From Spirochaetia bacterium (GTDB taxonomy: Bacteria; Spirochaetota; Spirochaetia; UBA9216), in contig CAXXYH010000004.1 of NCBI GenBank assembly GCA_963677925.2, positions 608,001-672,000 of the forward strand: DNA of 64,000 nucleotides, written 5' to 3'. The notes below the pieces were generated by a model. The model ran no database searches, was not told the origin of the DNA, and worked only from the letters and a program-made list of their open reading frames with translations. The number at the start of each line of letters is the position of its first letter. Position 1 is the first letter of the stretch. Of this stretch, positions 28,136 through 37,439 are shown one piece after another. Made by a program: the position numbers and the translations under genes.

Positions 28136-29365
28136 TTATTCGTATTCTTTCTGAAGTTCTCTGGTGAACTTGCCAAGCTCTGCAATTGCAGTATCAGCAT
28201 CAACTTCACCGCGTGCAACTCTCAGAAGTGAGTTTTTAAGCTCTGTTTCAAATTCTCCGAACCATGGTGTTGCATATGGAAGCGGTACTACGTATTCACT
28301 CTGCTTTGACATGGTTTCCCATCCGTCGATGAGACCCTGATCTCCAAGTGATTTGTATACACTCTTTTCAGCTGGGAACATTCCGTTTGCTTCATAGCAG
28401 AAAAGCTGTGCTTCTTCTGTGAGCATGAACTCAATGAACTTTTCAGCAGCTTTCGGATATTCAGTATAGCTTGATACTGCAAGACCTGCAGGAAGTGACC
28501 ATGTATAGTGCTGTTCAGGGAGCAGAAGGTAATCTGCATTCGGAGCAACTTTTGATCTTTCAGGATCATTTGCTATTGCAAGTGAGCCCTGCCATGCCTG
28601 GTGGAATGTAGCGTCACCGGCCCAGAATGAGGGGTGAGCGTTCGGTGATGTGAGTCTTTCAGGAGTAATCAGGCCTTTTTCAAACCATCCTGTAAGTCTC
28701 TTGTATGCGTCATATGCAGGATCTGAAGGATCATCGAACAGTGGTGTTCCGTCTTCAGCAAAGAGGGTGGAACCGGTTGAAAGTGCGATCAGGTAGTAAG
28801 GCCAGTGTCTTACTGCCATGGCAAGCGGGTATTCGTAAATACCTTCTTCCTTCATCTGGATTGCTGCATTTTCAAGGTCATCCCATGTCTTCATGTCTGA
28901 AGCAGTTTTTCCAATCTGCTCAAGGGTGGCTTTATCGTAATCGATCATTACCATCTGCTGGTAGATAGGAACTGCATATGAAGTTCCGTTAACTACAAAG
29001 AAGTCGGAACCGATGGTTCTGTCAAAGGTTTCCTGTGAAACAAGGCCTTCAAGATCTGCAAGAATGCCTGATGCTGCAAATGTTCCAAGGTGGCTGATAC
29101 CTACAAATATAACATCAGCCGGATTAACCTTTCCGCCGGCGGCCTGCATAACCTTATTTCTAAGGTCTTCATCCTTAAGAGTCGAAACTTCAACCTTGAT
29201 TCCGGTTTCAGCTTCAAACTTGGCAACAAGTTCCTCTGAAGGTGCACCCCATGACGGAGTTATATAAACAAGCTTTTCAGGAGTAGCTTCTTCTTTCTGT
29301 CCTCCGGCAAATACTGAAGCGCAGCCGAGGACAATTGCGGTAACAATCAACAATAATTTTTTCAT
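28136..29365 (-). CDS. Carbohydrate ABC transporter substrate-binding protein
   Basis: Start MKKLL at 29365 with SD GGAGG; signal peptide ending FAGGQKE; KFEAETGIKVEV and A.KFIEFM SBP_bac_1-type motifs. Confidence 0.93.
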   Translation of the reverse strand: MKKLLLIVTAIVLGCASVFAGGQKEEATPEKLVYITPSWGAPSEELVAKFEAETGIKVEVSTLKDEDLRNKVMQAAGGKVNPADVIFVGISHLGTFAASGILADLEGLVSQETFDRTIGSDFFVVNGTSYAVPIYQQMVMIDYDKATLEQIGKTASDMKTWDDLENAAIQMKEEGIYEYPLAMAVRHWPYYLIALSTGSTLFAEDGTPLFDDPSDPAYDAYKRLTGWFEKGLITPERLTSPNAHPSFWAGDATFHQAWQGSLAIANDPERSKVAPNADYLLLPEQHYTWSLPAGLAVSSYTEYPKAAEKFIEFMLTEEAQLFCYEANGMFPAEKSVYKSLGDQGLIDGWETMSKQSEYVVPLPYATPWFGEFETELKNSLLRVARGEVDADTAIAELGKFTRELQKEYE

Positions 29366-29391
29366 ATAATCCTCCAAGATAGTATTAAGAA

Positions 29392-29504
29392 ATTATATTC
29401 TGCGGAAAACACTTAGTCAATAAAATTATTTTTCATTTTCAGAACATTTTAATGAAATTACTTTTTAAAAATATTTTGACAAACAATAATTAAATGCGCA
29501 TAAT
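29392..29504. promoter_or_regulatory. Divergent promoters (SBP and anmK) with candidate MurR operators
   Basis: Minus TTGACT(29420-15)-17-TATAAT(29397-92); plus TTGACA(29476-81)-17-CATAAT(29499-504). TGAAA-N5-TTTCA-like sites at 29421-35 and 29453-67. Confidence 0.65.
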
Positions 29505-29512
29505 GATTAAAT

Positions 29513-30655
29513 ATGAATGAACAGATTGTTATCGGACTCATGTCCGGCACTTCAGTGGATGGTATTGATGCCGCTGCAGTAAAAATTACAGGTCTCGGGG
29601 CTCTTCCTTCCGCTGTAGAGATGCTAGGTGGACTTTCCTGGCCGATCCCTGAAGATGTAAAAAAGGTTATATTCGAACTTTTTGAAGACGGGCCGGGTTC
29701 GTTGAAAAAGCTATGTCTTATAAATATGCGGCTTGGACAGCTTTTTGCTGAAGCTGCAAACGCTCTTATTGAAAAGCTGGATTTGGATCGAAGCGATGTA
29801 AAACTGATAGGATCGCATGGGCAGACACTTTACCATGTTGCAGAGAAAGAGGATTTCTGCGGTGATATGCTTCGCGGCAGTCTTCAGACAGGGGAAGCAT
29901 CAGTGATTGCTCAGGAAACAGGAATTCCGGTAGTTTCGGATTTCAGGGTTGCAGATATTGCCGCCGGCGGTTCGGGCGCCCCGCTTGTTCCTTTTTTTGA
30001 CAGCTTTCTTGCAGAGCTGCATGGTGAGAAAACCGCATTTCAGAATATAGGCGGGATAGGCAACCTTGCCTACTTTGAAAAGGATGCGGCAGCCTCCGCC
30101 TTTGATACAGGCCCGGGGAATATGATTATTGACCGCCTTGTGACTGAATATACCAGGGGTGAACTTGCCTACGATAAGGATGGGCTGATCGGTCTTCAGG
30201 GAACTGTGGATAAAGACCTGCTTGAGAAGTGGATGGCTCATCCCTATCTTTCAGCGGCGGTACCCAAGTCTACAGGCCGGGAAGAATTCGGTACGGAATT
30301 TTATAAGCACTGGATTGAAGGGTATCAGCCCGGGCCGGATTTAATCCGAACCGCAGAAGAATATACGGTGCGTACTATTACTGATGCATTTGAGCGCTAT
30401 TTTGAAAAGGCCCCTGAAAAACTTATTGTTTCCGGAGGCGGATCATTTAATCCTGTAATCATGAACGGACTGAAACAGGCCATGCCTGAAACCCTGATTA
30501 TTTCCGGTGATGAGGCCGGTATAAGCTCCGAATACAAGGAAGCTGCTGCCTTCGCTCTGCTTGCATGGAGTTATCTGGAAAATATTCCAAACAATATTAA
30601 AGCGGCAACAGGAGCCTCCCGTCCGGTGGTCATGGGAAAACTTTCAAAGCCCTAA
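29513..30655 (+). CDS. anmK: Anhydro-N-acetylmuramic acid kinase
   Basis: IGLMSGTSVDGID, IGSHGQT, DFR..DIAAGG.GAPLVP, NIGGIGN, FDTGPGN, KSTGRE, KEA.AFA. Confidence 0.96.
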   Translation: MNEQIVIGLMSGTSVDGIDAAAVKITGLGALPSAVEMLGGLSWPIPEDVKKVIFELFEDGPGSLKKLCLINMRLGQLFAEAANALIEKLDLDRSDVKLIGSHGQTLYHVAEKEDFCGDMLRGSLQTGEASVIAQETGIPVVSDFRVADIAAGGSGAPLVPFFDSFLAELHGEKTAFQNIGGIGNLAYFEKDAAASAFDTGPGNMIIDRLVTEYTRGELAYDKDGLIGLQGTVDKDLLEKWMAHPYLSAAVPKSTGREEFGTEFYKHWIEGYQPGPDLIRTAEEYTVRTITDAFERYFEKAPEKLIVSGGGSFNPVIMNGLKQAMPETLIISGDEAGISSEYKEAAAFALLAWSYLENIPNNIKAATGASRPVVMGKLSKP

Positions 30656-30674
30656 TTTTAAATACGAGGTAAAC

Positions 30675-31589
30675 ATGGACAATCTTGGAGAACTGCAGAC
30701 TGAACAGCCGAATCCGGCATCCAGGAATATTGATACCAAATCAGTCATTGAAATACTTGAGATAATAAACGAAGAAGACATGAAGGTCCCGGGCCGTGTG
30801 ACTCCTGCTATTCCGGAAATTGCCGCAATTGTGGAAGCCGCTGTTGAGGCCTTTAAAAAAGGCGGCAGGCTTTTTTACGTGGGAGCAGGTACATCGGGAA
30901 GGCTTGGAGTTCTGGACGCCTCCGAGTGTCCGCCGACCTTCGGTGTCAGCCGCGACATGGTTCAGGGGCTGATTGCCGGCGGACAGGAGGCCCTGACCCG
31001 GTCGGTTGAATGGGCTGAGGATAATGAGGATGCCGGTGCGAAGGAGCTTGCCGAAAAGGGTATATCTGCAAACGATGTTGTCGTAGGTATTACCGCCAGC
31101 GGTCAGGCTCCCTACGTAATTGGGGCTATGAAGAAGGGCCGCGAGGCCGGAGCCGTTGTAGGTGCAATCAGCTGTAATAAGAATTCGAAGATTTTTCAGT
31201 ACGCCGATCACTCAATTTTTCTTGATGTAGGTCCCGAGATTGTTGCCGGTTCAACCAGGCTTAAGTCGGGAACCGCTCAGAAGCTTGTACTGAACATGAT
31301 CACAACCGCTTCGATGATCCGGCTGGGAAAGGTTTACAACAATCTGATGGTTGATTTGGTTCCTGTTAACAACAAACTGATTGAGAGATCGATAAGGCTG
31401 ATTATAACTGCAACAGGCTGTGATCGTGAAACTGCAGAAGCCGCCTTTAATGAATCAGGAAAACATCCTAAAACTGCTATTGTGTCTGTACTTCTCGGGA
31501 TTTCGGCTGCTGAGGCAAAGACGCTTCTGGACAGTAACGAGGATCGTATCGGAACTGCAGTACAGACTTATAAGAATCAGGCAAAGTAA
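30675..31589 (+). CDS. murQ: N-acetylmuramic acid 6-phosphate etherase
   Basis: Start MDNLG at 30675 (SD GAGG); GAGTSGRLGVLDASECPPTF, GPE...GSTRLKSGTAQKLVLNM. Confidence 0.97.
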   Translation: MDNLGELQTEQPNPASRNIDTKSVIEILEIINEEDMKVPGRVTPAIPEIAAIVEAAVEAFKKGGRLFYVGAGTSGRLGVLDASECPPTFGVSRDMVQGLIAGGQEALTRSVEWAEDNEDAGAKELAEKGISANDVVVGITASGQAPYVIGAMKKGREAGAVVGAISCNKNSKIFQYADHSIFLDVGPEIVAGSTRLKSGTAQKLVLNMITTASMIRLGKVYNNLMVDLVPVNNKLIERSIRLIITATGCDRETAEAAFNESGKHPKTAIVSVLLGISAAEAKTLLDSNEDRIGTAVQTYKNQAK

Positions 31590-31591
31590 GA

Positions 31592-32674
31592 ATGTTTGAA
31601 AAGCTGATTGAAGAAAGTATCGCGGGCGGATGTTTTCCGGGAATCTCTCTGGTTGTTGAAAAAGACGGAAAAAGGATTACAGCTGAAAATTACGGTCAGA
31701 TGTCTTATGATGATGAGACATCCGTTAGTTCTGATACCCTCTTCGATCTTGCCTCACTTACAAAACCCCTTGCGACAACACCAACACTTCTTGCCCTTCT
31801 TGAAGCTGAAGGTCTGGATACCGATAAAACTCTTTCTTTCTTCCTTGATGAAATAAATGAAGTAAGCGGGAGCCTGACGCTTCATCAGCTTATGACCCAT
31901 ACTTCGGGGCTTCCGCCTGTTCCGGAAATTTTCAGGTTGTTTAAAACTGAAGCAGATATTGATGAACAGAAAGGGCTCCGGCATCTTTACTCTCTCGTTC
32001 CTGATCTAAAACCCGGTACCGAAGTTATTTACAGCTGTACCGGTTATATTCTTCTTGCGCAGGTGCTGCGCAAAATTTCAGGGATGTCGCTGGCGGAGGT
32101 TTTTCATAAACTTATACTAGAGCCTTTAGGAATTACAGATTTGATGTTCAAGCCTGCCGGGGGTGATAAACTGCGCTGTGCGTCTACCGAGTTCTGCAGC
32201 TGGAGATGCCGGCAGCTTAAGGGTGAAGTACATGATGAAAACTCCTGGTGTCTTGGGGGCGAGGGCGGAAATGCAGGACTCTTCGGAACAGCAGAGGCAG
32301 TAACCTCAATTGCCGATCTCTTCATTCATGACGGAGTCTTAAACGGAAGGCAGATTCTGAAACCGGAGTCCGTACGAAAAATGACCTCAACCCAATCCGG
32401 AGGTCTTCAGCCTTCGAGAGCCCTGGGTTTCCTCACACAGTCGGCCGAGTCCTTTGCCGGTCCTGGATTCAGTTCGGCATCCTTCGGCCATACCGGTTTT
32501 ACAGGCACAAGCCTCTGGATAGATCCCGTAATGGGACTTAAGGTTACTGCTTTGACAAACCGTGTTAATTTTGGAAGGGATAATACCGCCGATAAAATTA
32601 AAGTATTCAGACTTGAACTGCACAGCCGGATAAGACAGCTTTTTAGTGAGCTTCCTGCAAATTTCAATAATTAA
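31592..32674 (+). CDS. Beta-lactamase-family serine hydrolase (AmiE-like MurNAc-L-Ala amidase candidate)
   Basis: FDLASLTK (SxxK), LMTHTSG, YSC, GEVHDEN, GHTGFTGTS; no signal peptide; follows murQ. Confidence 0.8.
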   Translation: MFEKLIEESIAGGCFPGISLVVEKDGKRITAENYGQMSYDDETSVSSDTLFDLASLTKPLATTPTLLALLEAEGLDTDKTLSFFLDEINEVSGSLTLHQLMTHTSGLPPVPEIFRLFKTEADIDEQKGLRHLYSLVPDLKPGTEVIYSCTGYILLAQVLRKISGMSLAEVFHKLILEPLGITDLMFKPAGGDKLRCASTEFCSWRCRQLKGEVHDENSWCLGGEGGNAGLFGTAEAVTSIADLFIHDGVLNGRQILKPESVRKMTSTQSGGLQPSRALGFLTQSAESFAGPGFSSASFGHTGFTGTSLWIDPVMGLKVTALTNRVNFGRDNTADKIKVFRLELHSRIRQLFSELPANFNN

Positions 32675-33872
32675 AAAAATTATCCCATTGCCGGTCAAGG
32701 ATTGAAAGCGAATCCTTCAGCGGTTTAACAGTGTATCTTCTTTCAGAGTCTTCATTCAGGAGTTTCAGAGCCTTAAGTTTTGCCAGTGCATCATCGCACT
32801 CGAAGTCCATTACGCAGCCGTGTTTCTCTTGCATCCATTTTTCAATACGGCTGTCGAGCTCACCTTCAGTCAGCGGATTTTCAGCTGTGTGCAGGAAGTA
32901 GTAGGCGAGATAGGTTTCCTTGCATTCCTCTTCTTCGGCCGAATCTATCAGCGAATAAAATACTCCTGCATTGTTTACCATATTTCTGAAATAAAGATTG
33001 TCGCTGAGTTCTTTCTGAAAAAGGAACTTTTTAGTTTTATATTTACTCCACTGTTTAAAGAGAAAGCCGCCCAGGGCTCCAAGAGCTGAAAATACTGCAA
33101 TAGCCTGCTTTAGCTGATTTTCTTCAACTGTCCCCTTTATCCCAAGATATGCGCTGATGATTACGAAGGCGACTATAAGTGCGGGAACAACCTTTGTTAC
33201 CATAAGCGGTATTCCGGCTGCAACCGCAGGTACTGCCAGCATCAGCTTGTCCTTCAGGCTCATTATTACCCTTGAGTTCGGAAAAAGAATCTCAAGGTCT
33301 TCAAGAGGGACATCCTTGAACATCTTTATAAAGGTAATCCCCTCCTGTTCATCCGTCTTCTTGAGACGTGCAAAGAGAACTACCCTCTCAAGTATTTCAT
33401 GCTCATGCTCGGTAGTTTTAAACCCGAACAGGCGTTTTACTGTAAATTTATCCTTTCTTCTGCCGCGGGCGTAAATCCTTGCGTAATCATAATCGTTGAA
33501 ATCGATTTTAACACTGAAGTTGACTAGGGCGTTATCGTTGAATGCGCTTTCAATTTCCTCCTTGGGGATTACATTGAAGTTGGCATCATTCAATATCTTC
33601 TGCAGCGTAAGGTCCAGTTTCCGGTTGGAGTCTTCGATCTCTGCTGCGGATGGTGCCGCAGCCTTTTTAAGGTCGGGGTTTATCGGAAAGTAAGCGTCCT
33701 TCAGCTCTTCAAGATCTTTATGAAAGCTGAAATGAAAAATACTTTCAATGATTTCGCAGATAAGACCGAACTCTTTGCTGTCTTCCTCTGATTTAAATTT
33801 CTGTTCATCAAGAATCATGCCGATGATATCCCTCTTGCGGAAGGGGATATACCGTTCTTTCTGTGTTGCCAT
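32664..33872 (-). CDS. TMEM143/DUF3754 family protein
   Basis: ERYIPFRK.D, LKDAY.P.NPD, KMFKDVP.EDLE.LFP, LYFRN..NN.GV, AEEEECKE..LAY and DFECDDAL.KL. Confidence 0.8.
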   Translation of the reverse strand: MATQKERYIPFRKRDIIGMILDEQKFKSEEDSKEFGLICEIIESIFHFSFHKDLEELKDAYFPINPDLKKAAAPSAAEIEDSNRKLDLTLQKILNDANFNVIPKEEIESAFNDNALVNFSVKIDFNDYDYARIYARGRRKDKFTVKRLFGFKTTEHEHEILERVVLFARLKKTDEQEGITFIKMFKDVPLEDLEILFPNSRVIMSLKDKLMLAVPAVAAGIPLMVTKVVPALIVAFVIISAYLGIKGTVEENQLKQAIAVFSALGALGGFLFKQWSKYKTKKFLFQKELSDNLYFRNMVNNAGVFYSLIDSAEEEECKETYLAYYFLHTAENPLTEGELDSRIEKWMQEKHGCVMDFECDDALAKLKALKLLNEDSERRYTVKPLKDSLSILDRQWDNFFNY

Positions 33873-33889
33873 CTTGGTCTCCTGCGGGT

Positions 33890-34756
33890 TCAGGAACGTT
33901 CGTGAAGTCTCTTCAGTCCTTTTACCGCCCCGGTAAGTTCAAGATAATTCTTGATTTCGGGATAGTCCTCGGAAGCTATTCCTGTGAACAGTATATCAAT
34001 AATATTCAGCTGGGCAATACGTGATGAGCTTGCGGCAGACCGCATACTGGTTTCCGGAGAAGATATATGAAGATTGATATCAGCTTTTTCACTGAGGGTG
34101 CTGCTCCCGTATCTGGTGATAGCAATCGTAACTGCACCTGCGGCTTTCGCTATATCCATCAGTTCAACAACATCCCTTGTTTCTCCGGAATACGATATGA
34201 AAACAGCAGCATCTCCTGGAGTAAGCAGTGTTGCTGATGTTGCCTGCAGGTGGGTGTCTGCGTAGGCGTTTGCGAAGCGGTTGATCCGCATAAACTTCTG
34301 CTGGGCGTCAAGGGCTACAAGACCCGAAGCTCCTGTTCCGTAGAAGTCAATTCTTCCGGCTCTTCGGAGGGCTTCGATAGCTTTTTCCACTTCGTTTTTA
34401 TCAAGCACCTTTATGGTGTCCTCTATTGCCTGTTTATTGTTATGAGAAATATTTCTGATAATTGTTTCAAGATCATCACCGGCCTTAATGTCTGTATACT
34501 GTTTGTCAGCGGAGTTTTCCCTGGATAATGCAATATCGGTGGCCATTTTCAGGGCGAACTCCCTGTATCCCTCAAAGCCGAGGGTCTTGCAGAAACGGAT
34601 TATTGCCGCCTTTGAGGCTCCGCTTAGATCTGCAAGTTCGCCAATTGAAAGTCCTACTGAATTATCAGGATTGTGCATTACATAGGATGCAACTTTCCGC
34701 TCCGAGGGGGTGAGCCCGGAATAGGATTCTTTTATTTTTAACAGGCAACCGTTCAT
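33890..34756 (-). CDS. murR: MurR/RpiR-family transcriptional regulator
   Basis: LTPSERKVA, IIRFCKTLGFEGY HTH; SIS domain with G.GAS, ISYSGET and SSRIAQL. Confidence 0.9.
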   Translation of the reverse strand: MNGCLLKIKESYSGLTPSERKVASYVMHNPDNSVGLSIGELADLSGASKAAIIRFCKTLGFEGYREFALKMATDIALSRENSADKQYTDIKAGDDLETIIRNISHNNKQAIEDTIKVLDKNEVEKAIEALRRAGRIDFYGTGASGLVALDAQQKFMRINRFANAYADTHLQATSATLLTPGDAAVFISYSGETRDVVELMDIAKAAGAVTIAITRYGSSTLSEKADINLHISSPETSMRSAASSSRIAQLNIIDILFTGIASEDYPEIKNYLELTGAVKGLKRLHERS

Positions 34757-34757
34757 A

Positions 34758-36254
34758 TCAGACCTCTTTTTTTCCGCTCAAAAAACTGATCACTGCTTTC
34801 TGCTGATCGGGGGTATAGCCGAATGAACACCAGGCATTTCTTATTCCGGTGATATCGGCATCCCATGGATTCCGGAGGGCTATCATATAAAATTCTTTTG
34901 AAGCCTCCGCAAGTGCTGTGATTAGATTAGATATATTATCATCAAGATAAGCATTTTCGGTAAAAATCAGATTAATTTTTTCTCCGGCTGCAATTAAAAG
35001 CCTCTTTTTTGTCTCTTCTGTTGTTGATTCGCTGTTTATTTCAAGAAGAGGACACTCAGCAAGTTCTGCAGCCTTGACCGCTGCGTAGAACAGTCCCTGA
35101 CCTTCCTCTTCAACCAGGACAAGTCTCTGACGTTTCATGGAAAAAATGTTTTGCACTGATGAAAGAGGGGGAAGGGGTGCTTCTTTTTTTATACATTCTA
35201 TGGACTTCACAGCGAGTCTTGCCGCTGTTGCTGCACTTTCGGCGTTTTTTATTTTCCCTGTACCCTGTTTCAGTATACCCTCACAGGGAGATAGGATTCT
35301 GTTGATTCTCTCCAGTGATTCAAGATAACGGCGGTAAAGATACTCATCTTTCCGGACAGTATCGTCAAGCGCTTTAAATGCATTAATCTGATTTTTTGTT
35401 CCCTCGCAGATGGAAAGGATGTCCATTCCGGCGCGAAATGTGTTTATGACCAGTTCTTCAGTTGAGCTGCTGTTTGCCACTCCGCCCATGTTCAGATCAT
35501 CGGCAAGCAGCAGTCCGTCAAACCCCAGCTCCTTTCGGACTATTCCGGTAAGCACTTCAGATGAAACAGTCACGGCCTCTTTCCTGTTTTGAATTGAAGG
35601 AATGTAGATGTGGGTAGGCATCCAGCAGGGGCAGTCAATTTCAATGAAGGGCTGAAGATCGGTATCAAAAAGCTCTTCACGGCTGATATCAAGAACGGGA
35701 AGATCTATGTGCGGGTCTACAGATGCTCCACCCAGTCCGGGAAAGTGTTTAAGGCAGGAGAGAACCCCTGCATCACTGAGCCCTTTAACAAATGCCCGCG
35801 CACAGCTGATTACTTCTTCTTTCCGGGTCCCGAAGCTTCGTATTCCAATACCCCGGTTCATCGGATTCCGGTTGATATCAACAACCGGGGCCAGATCCCA
35901 GTCGATTCCAACCGCCATCATTTCTGTTCCCAGAATAAAAGCTGCCTCATAGGCTGCGGTTTCTCCGCCGGCCCGGGCGAGGGCCATAGGTCCCGGCATC
36001 ACGGTGAAGCCTTCAGTCAGCCTTGTTACAATGCCGCCTTCCTGGTCAATTGCAAAAACGGGCTTTCTGCCCATGAAGGATGTTATGTCTGAAATAAGCC
36101 CGGCAAGCTGCTGCGGATTGACAATGTTGCGGCCGAAAAAAATAATCGACAAAGGGTCAACAGTTTCAAGAAGTACTTTTGTTTCATTATCTAGTTCAGG
36201 ACCCGGTATACCGAGCATGAACAATCTTCCTGTGTTTATCTCTGCAGTGTTCAT
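34758..36254 (-). CDS. nagZ: Beta-N-acetylhexosaminidase, GH3
   Basis: IDQEGG.V.RL, LAPVVD, RSFG, KHFPGLG....DPH and DDLNMGG. Confidence 0.9.
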   Translation of the reverse strand: MNTAEINTGRLFMLGIPGPELDNETKVLLETVDPLSIIFFGRNIVNPQQLAGLISDITSFMGRKPVFAIDQEGGIVTRLTEGFTVMPGPMALARAGGETAAYEAAFILGTEMMAVGIDWDLAPVVDINRNPMNRGIGIRSFGTRKEEVISCARAFVKGLSDAGVLSCLKHFPGLGGASVDPHIDLPVLDISREELFDTDLQPFIEIDCPCWMPTHIYIPSIQNRKEAVTVSSEVLTGIVRKELGFDGLLLADDLNMGGVANSSSTEELVINTFRAGMDILSICEGTKNQINAFKALDDTVRKDEYLYRRYLESLERINRILSPCEGILKQGTGKIKNAESAATAARLAVKSIECIKKEAPLPPLSSVQNIFSMKRQRLVLVEEEGQGLFYAAVKAAELAECPLLEINSESTTEETKKRLLIAAGEKINLIFTENAYLDDNISNLITALAEASKEFYMIALRNPWDADITGIRNAWCSFGYTPDQQKAVISFLSGKKEV

Positions 36255-37315
36255 ATGTTAAGGCCTATTCCCGGATTTTGGGAAAAGTATATGTCCGCGC
36301 CGCGGTATTCTACCCCGCCATCTTCTGTTTTTGTTTTACAGAGCAGGGGAACATCAAGATCGGCATATTTTACGTTTCTTACCGCGGTTGCAAAGTGGGC
36401 TGCTGCGGAAACTCCGGCATGACTTTCCATCATGCATCCTGTCATACAGAAGACTCCTGCGGCTTCGGCCAGGTTTGCAATTTTAACTGCTTCTGCAATG
36501 CCTCCGCACTTTGCGAGTTTGATATTTATTCCGTCTGCGGCTTCAGCTTCTATCAGCCTGAAGGCGTCGGTAAGAGAGAATACACTTTCATCAGCTACAA
36601 GGGGAATACCGATATTTTCGCGTACATATCGCATTCCCCTGATGTCGGCAGCCGCTACAGGCTGTTCGGCAAAATCGAGGCCTGCTCCGGCCTTCTGCGA
36701 TTCATTTATCACTTTAACCGCATCACGCGCGCTCCATCCCTGATTTGCATCAATCCTTATTACAGCTTCAGGTCCCAGGGCTTTCCGGACGGCAAGAATC
36801 CGCTCTATGTCATCCATCGGATCTTTTCCTACCTTAAGTTTGAACTCACGAAAACCCTCGTTAAAATACTCAAGAGCGTCGGAAGCCATATCGGCAGGAG
36901 AGTTCAGGCTGATTGTAAGATCGGTGCGGATGCACTCTCCTCTCCCTCCGAGGTATCGGTAAAGCGGCAGTCCGCAGGATTTTGTAAAAAGGTCGTGGAG
37001 GGCAATGTCCAGCGCGGATTTGGCGGAGGTGTTTCCGGCCATTGATTTACCGATGGAATAAAGCAGGGGCTCCAGCGATGAACAGTCTTCACCGGTAATC
37101 AGCCTTGAAATGTGTTCAAGGGCTCCCTTCAGAGAGGCTTCGGTTTCTCCGGTAATAGCAGCGGTAGGAGCGCATCCCCCTGTCCCCTTAAGCCCGGTAT
37201 CGGTAATTACTTCAACCTGAATAACCTCGAGCAGGTTCAGTGTTCTTAAAGATGTTATAAAAGGCTTTTTCAGCTCACAGCTGATATTCTTCCAGCGGAC
37301 ACTTTCTATCTTCAT
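36251..37315 (-). CDS. L-Ala-D/L-Glu dipeptide epimerase (enolase superfamily)
   Basis: ITGET, KLKVG, IDANQGW, EQP, DES, INIKLAKCGG, GCMMES, DLD. Confidence 0.92.
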   Translation of the reverse strand: MKIESVRWKNISCELKKPFITSLRTLNLLEVIQVEVITDTGLKGTGGCAPTAAITGETEASLKGALEHISRLITGEDCSSLEPLLYSIGKSMAGNTSAKSALDIALHDLFTKSCGLPLYRYLGGRGECIRTDLTISLNSPADMASDALEYFNEGFREFKLKVGKDPMDDIERILAVRKALGPEAVIRIDANQGWSARDAVKVINESQKAGAGLDFAEQPVAAADIRGMRYVRENIGIPLVADESVFSLTDAFRLIEAEAADGINIKLAKCGGIAEAVKIANLAEAAGVFCMTGCMMESHAGVSAAAHFATAVRNVKYADLDVPLLCKTKTEDGGVEYRGADIYFSQNPGIGLNI

Positions 37316-37439
37316 AAAATCAGATTAACACTATTATCAGGATCTTGCCAATGAATATAAAACTTTTTATCATTAAATAGATGTTATTGTGAAAATTAGT
37401 TGTATGATATCCAGCATTTTTAATGTATTATTAATATGT

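Noticed and set aside
30561-30674. Extended murQ N-terminus (likewise the longer ORF-track starts for nagA, TetR, DUF362, ferredoxin and exbB)
   Set aside because: The extensions overlap neighbours or promoter boxes; downstream ATGs fit SD or leaderless signals and family lengths.
31592-32674. Beta-lactam resistance gene
   Set aside because: Cytoplasmic SxxK hydrolase within the anmK-murQ operon; a recycling amidase or esterase is more plausible.
36278-37045. 255-aa plus-strand ORF
   Set aside because: Antisense to the dipeptide epimerase; no family motifs.
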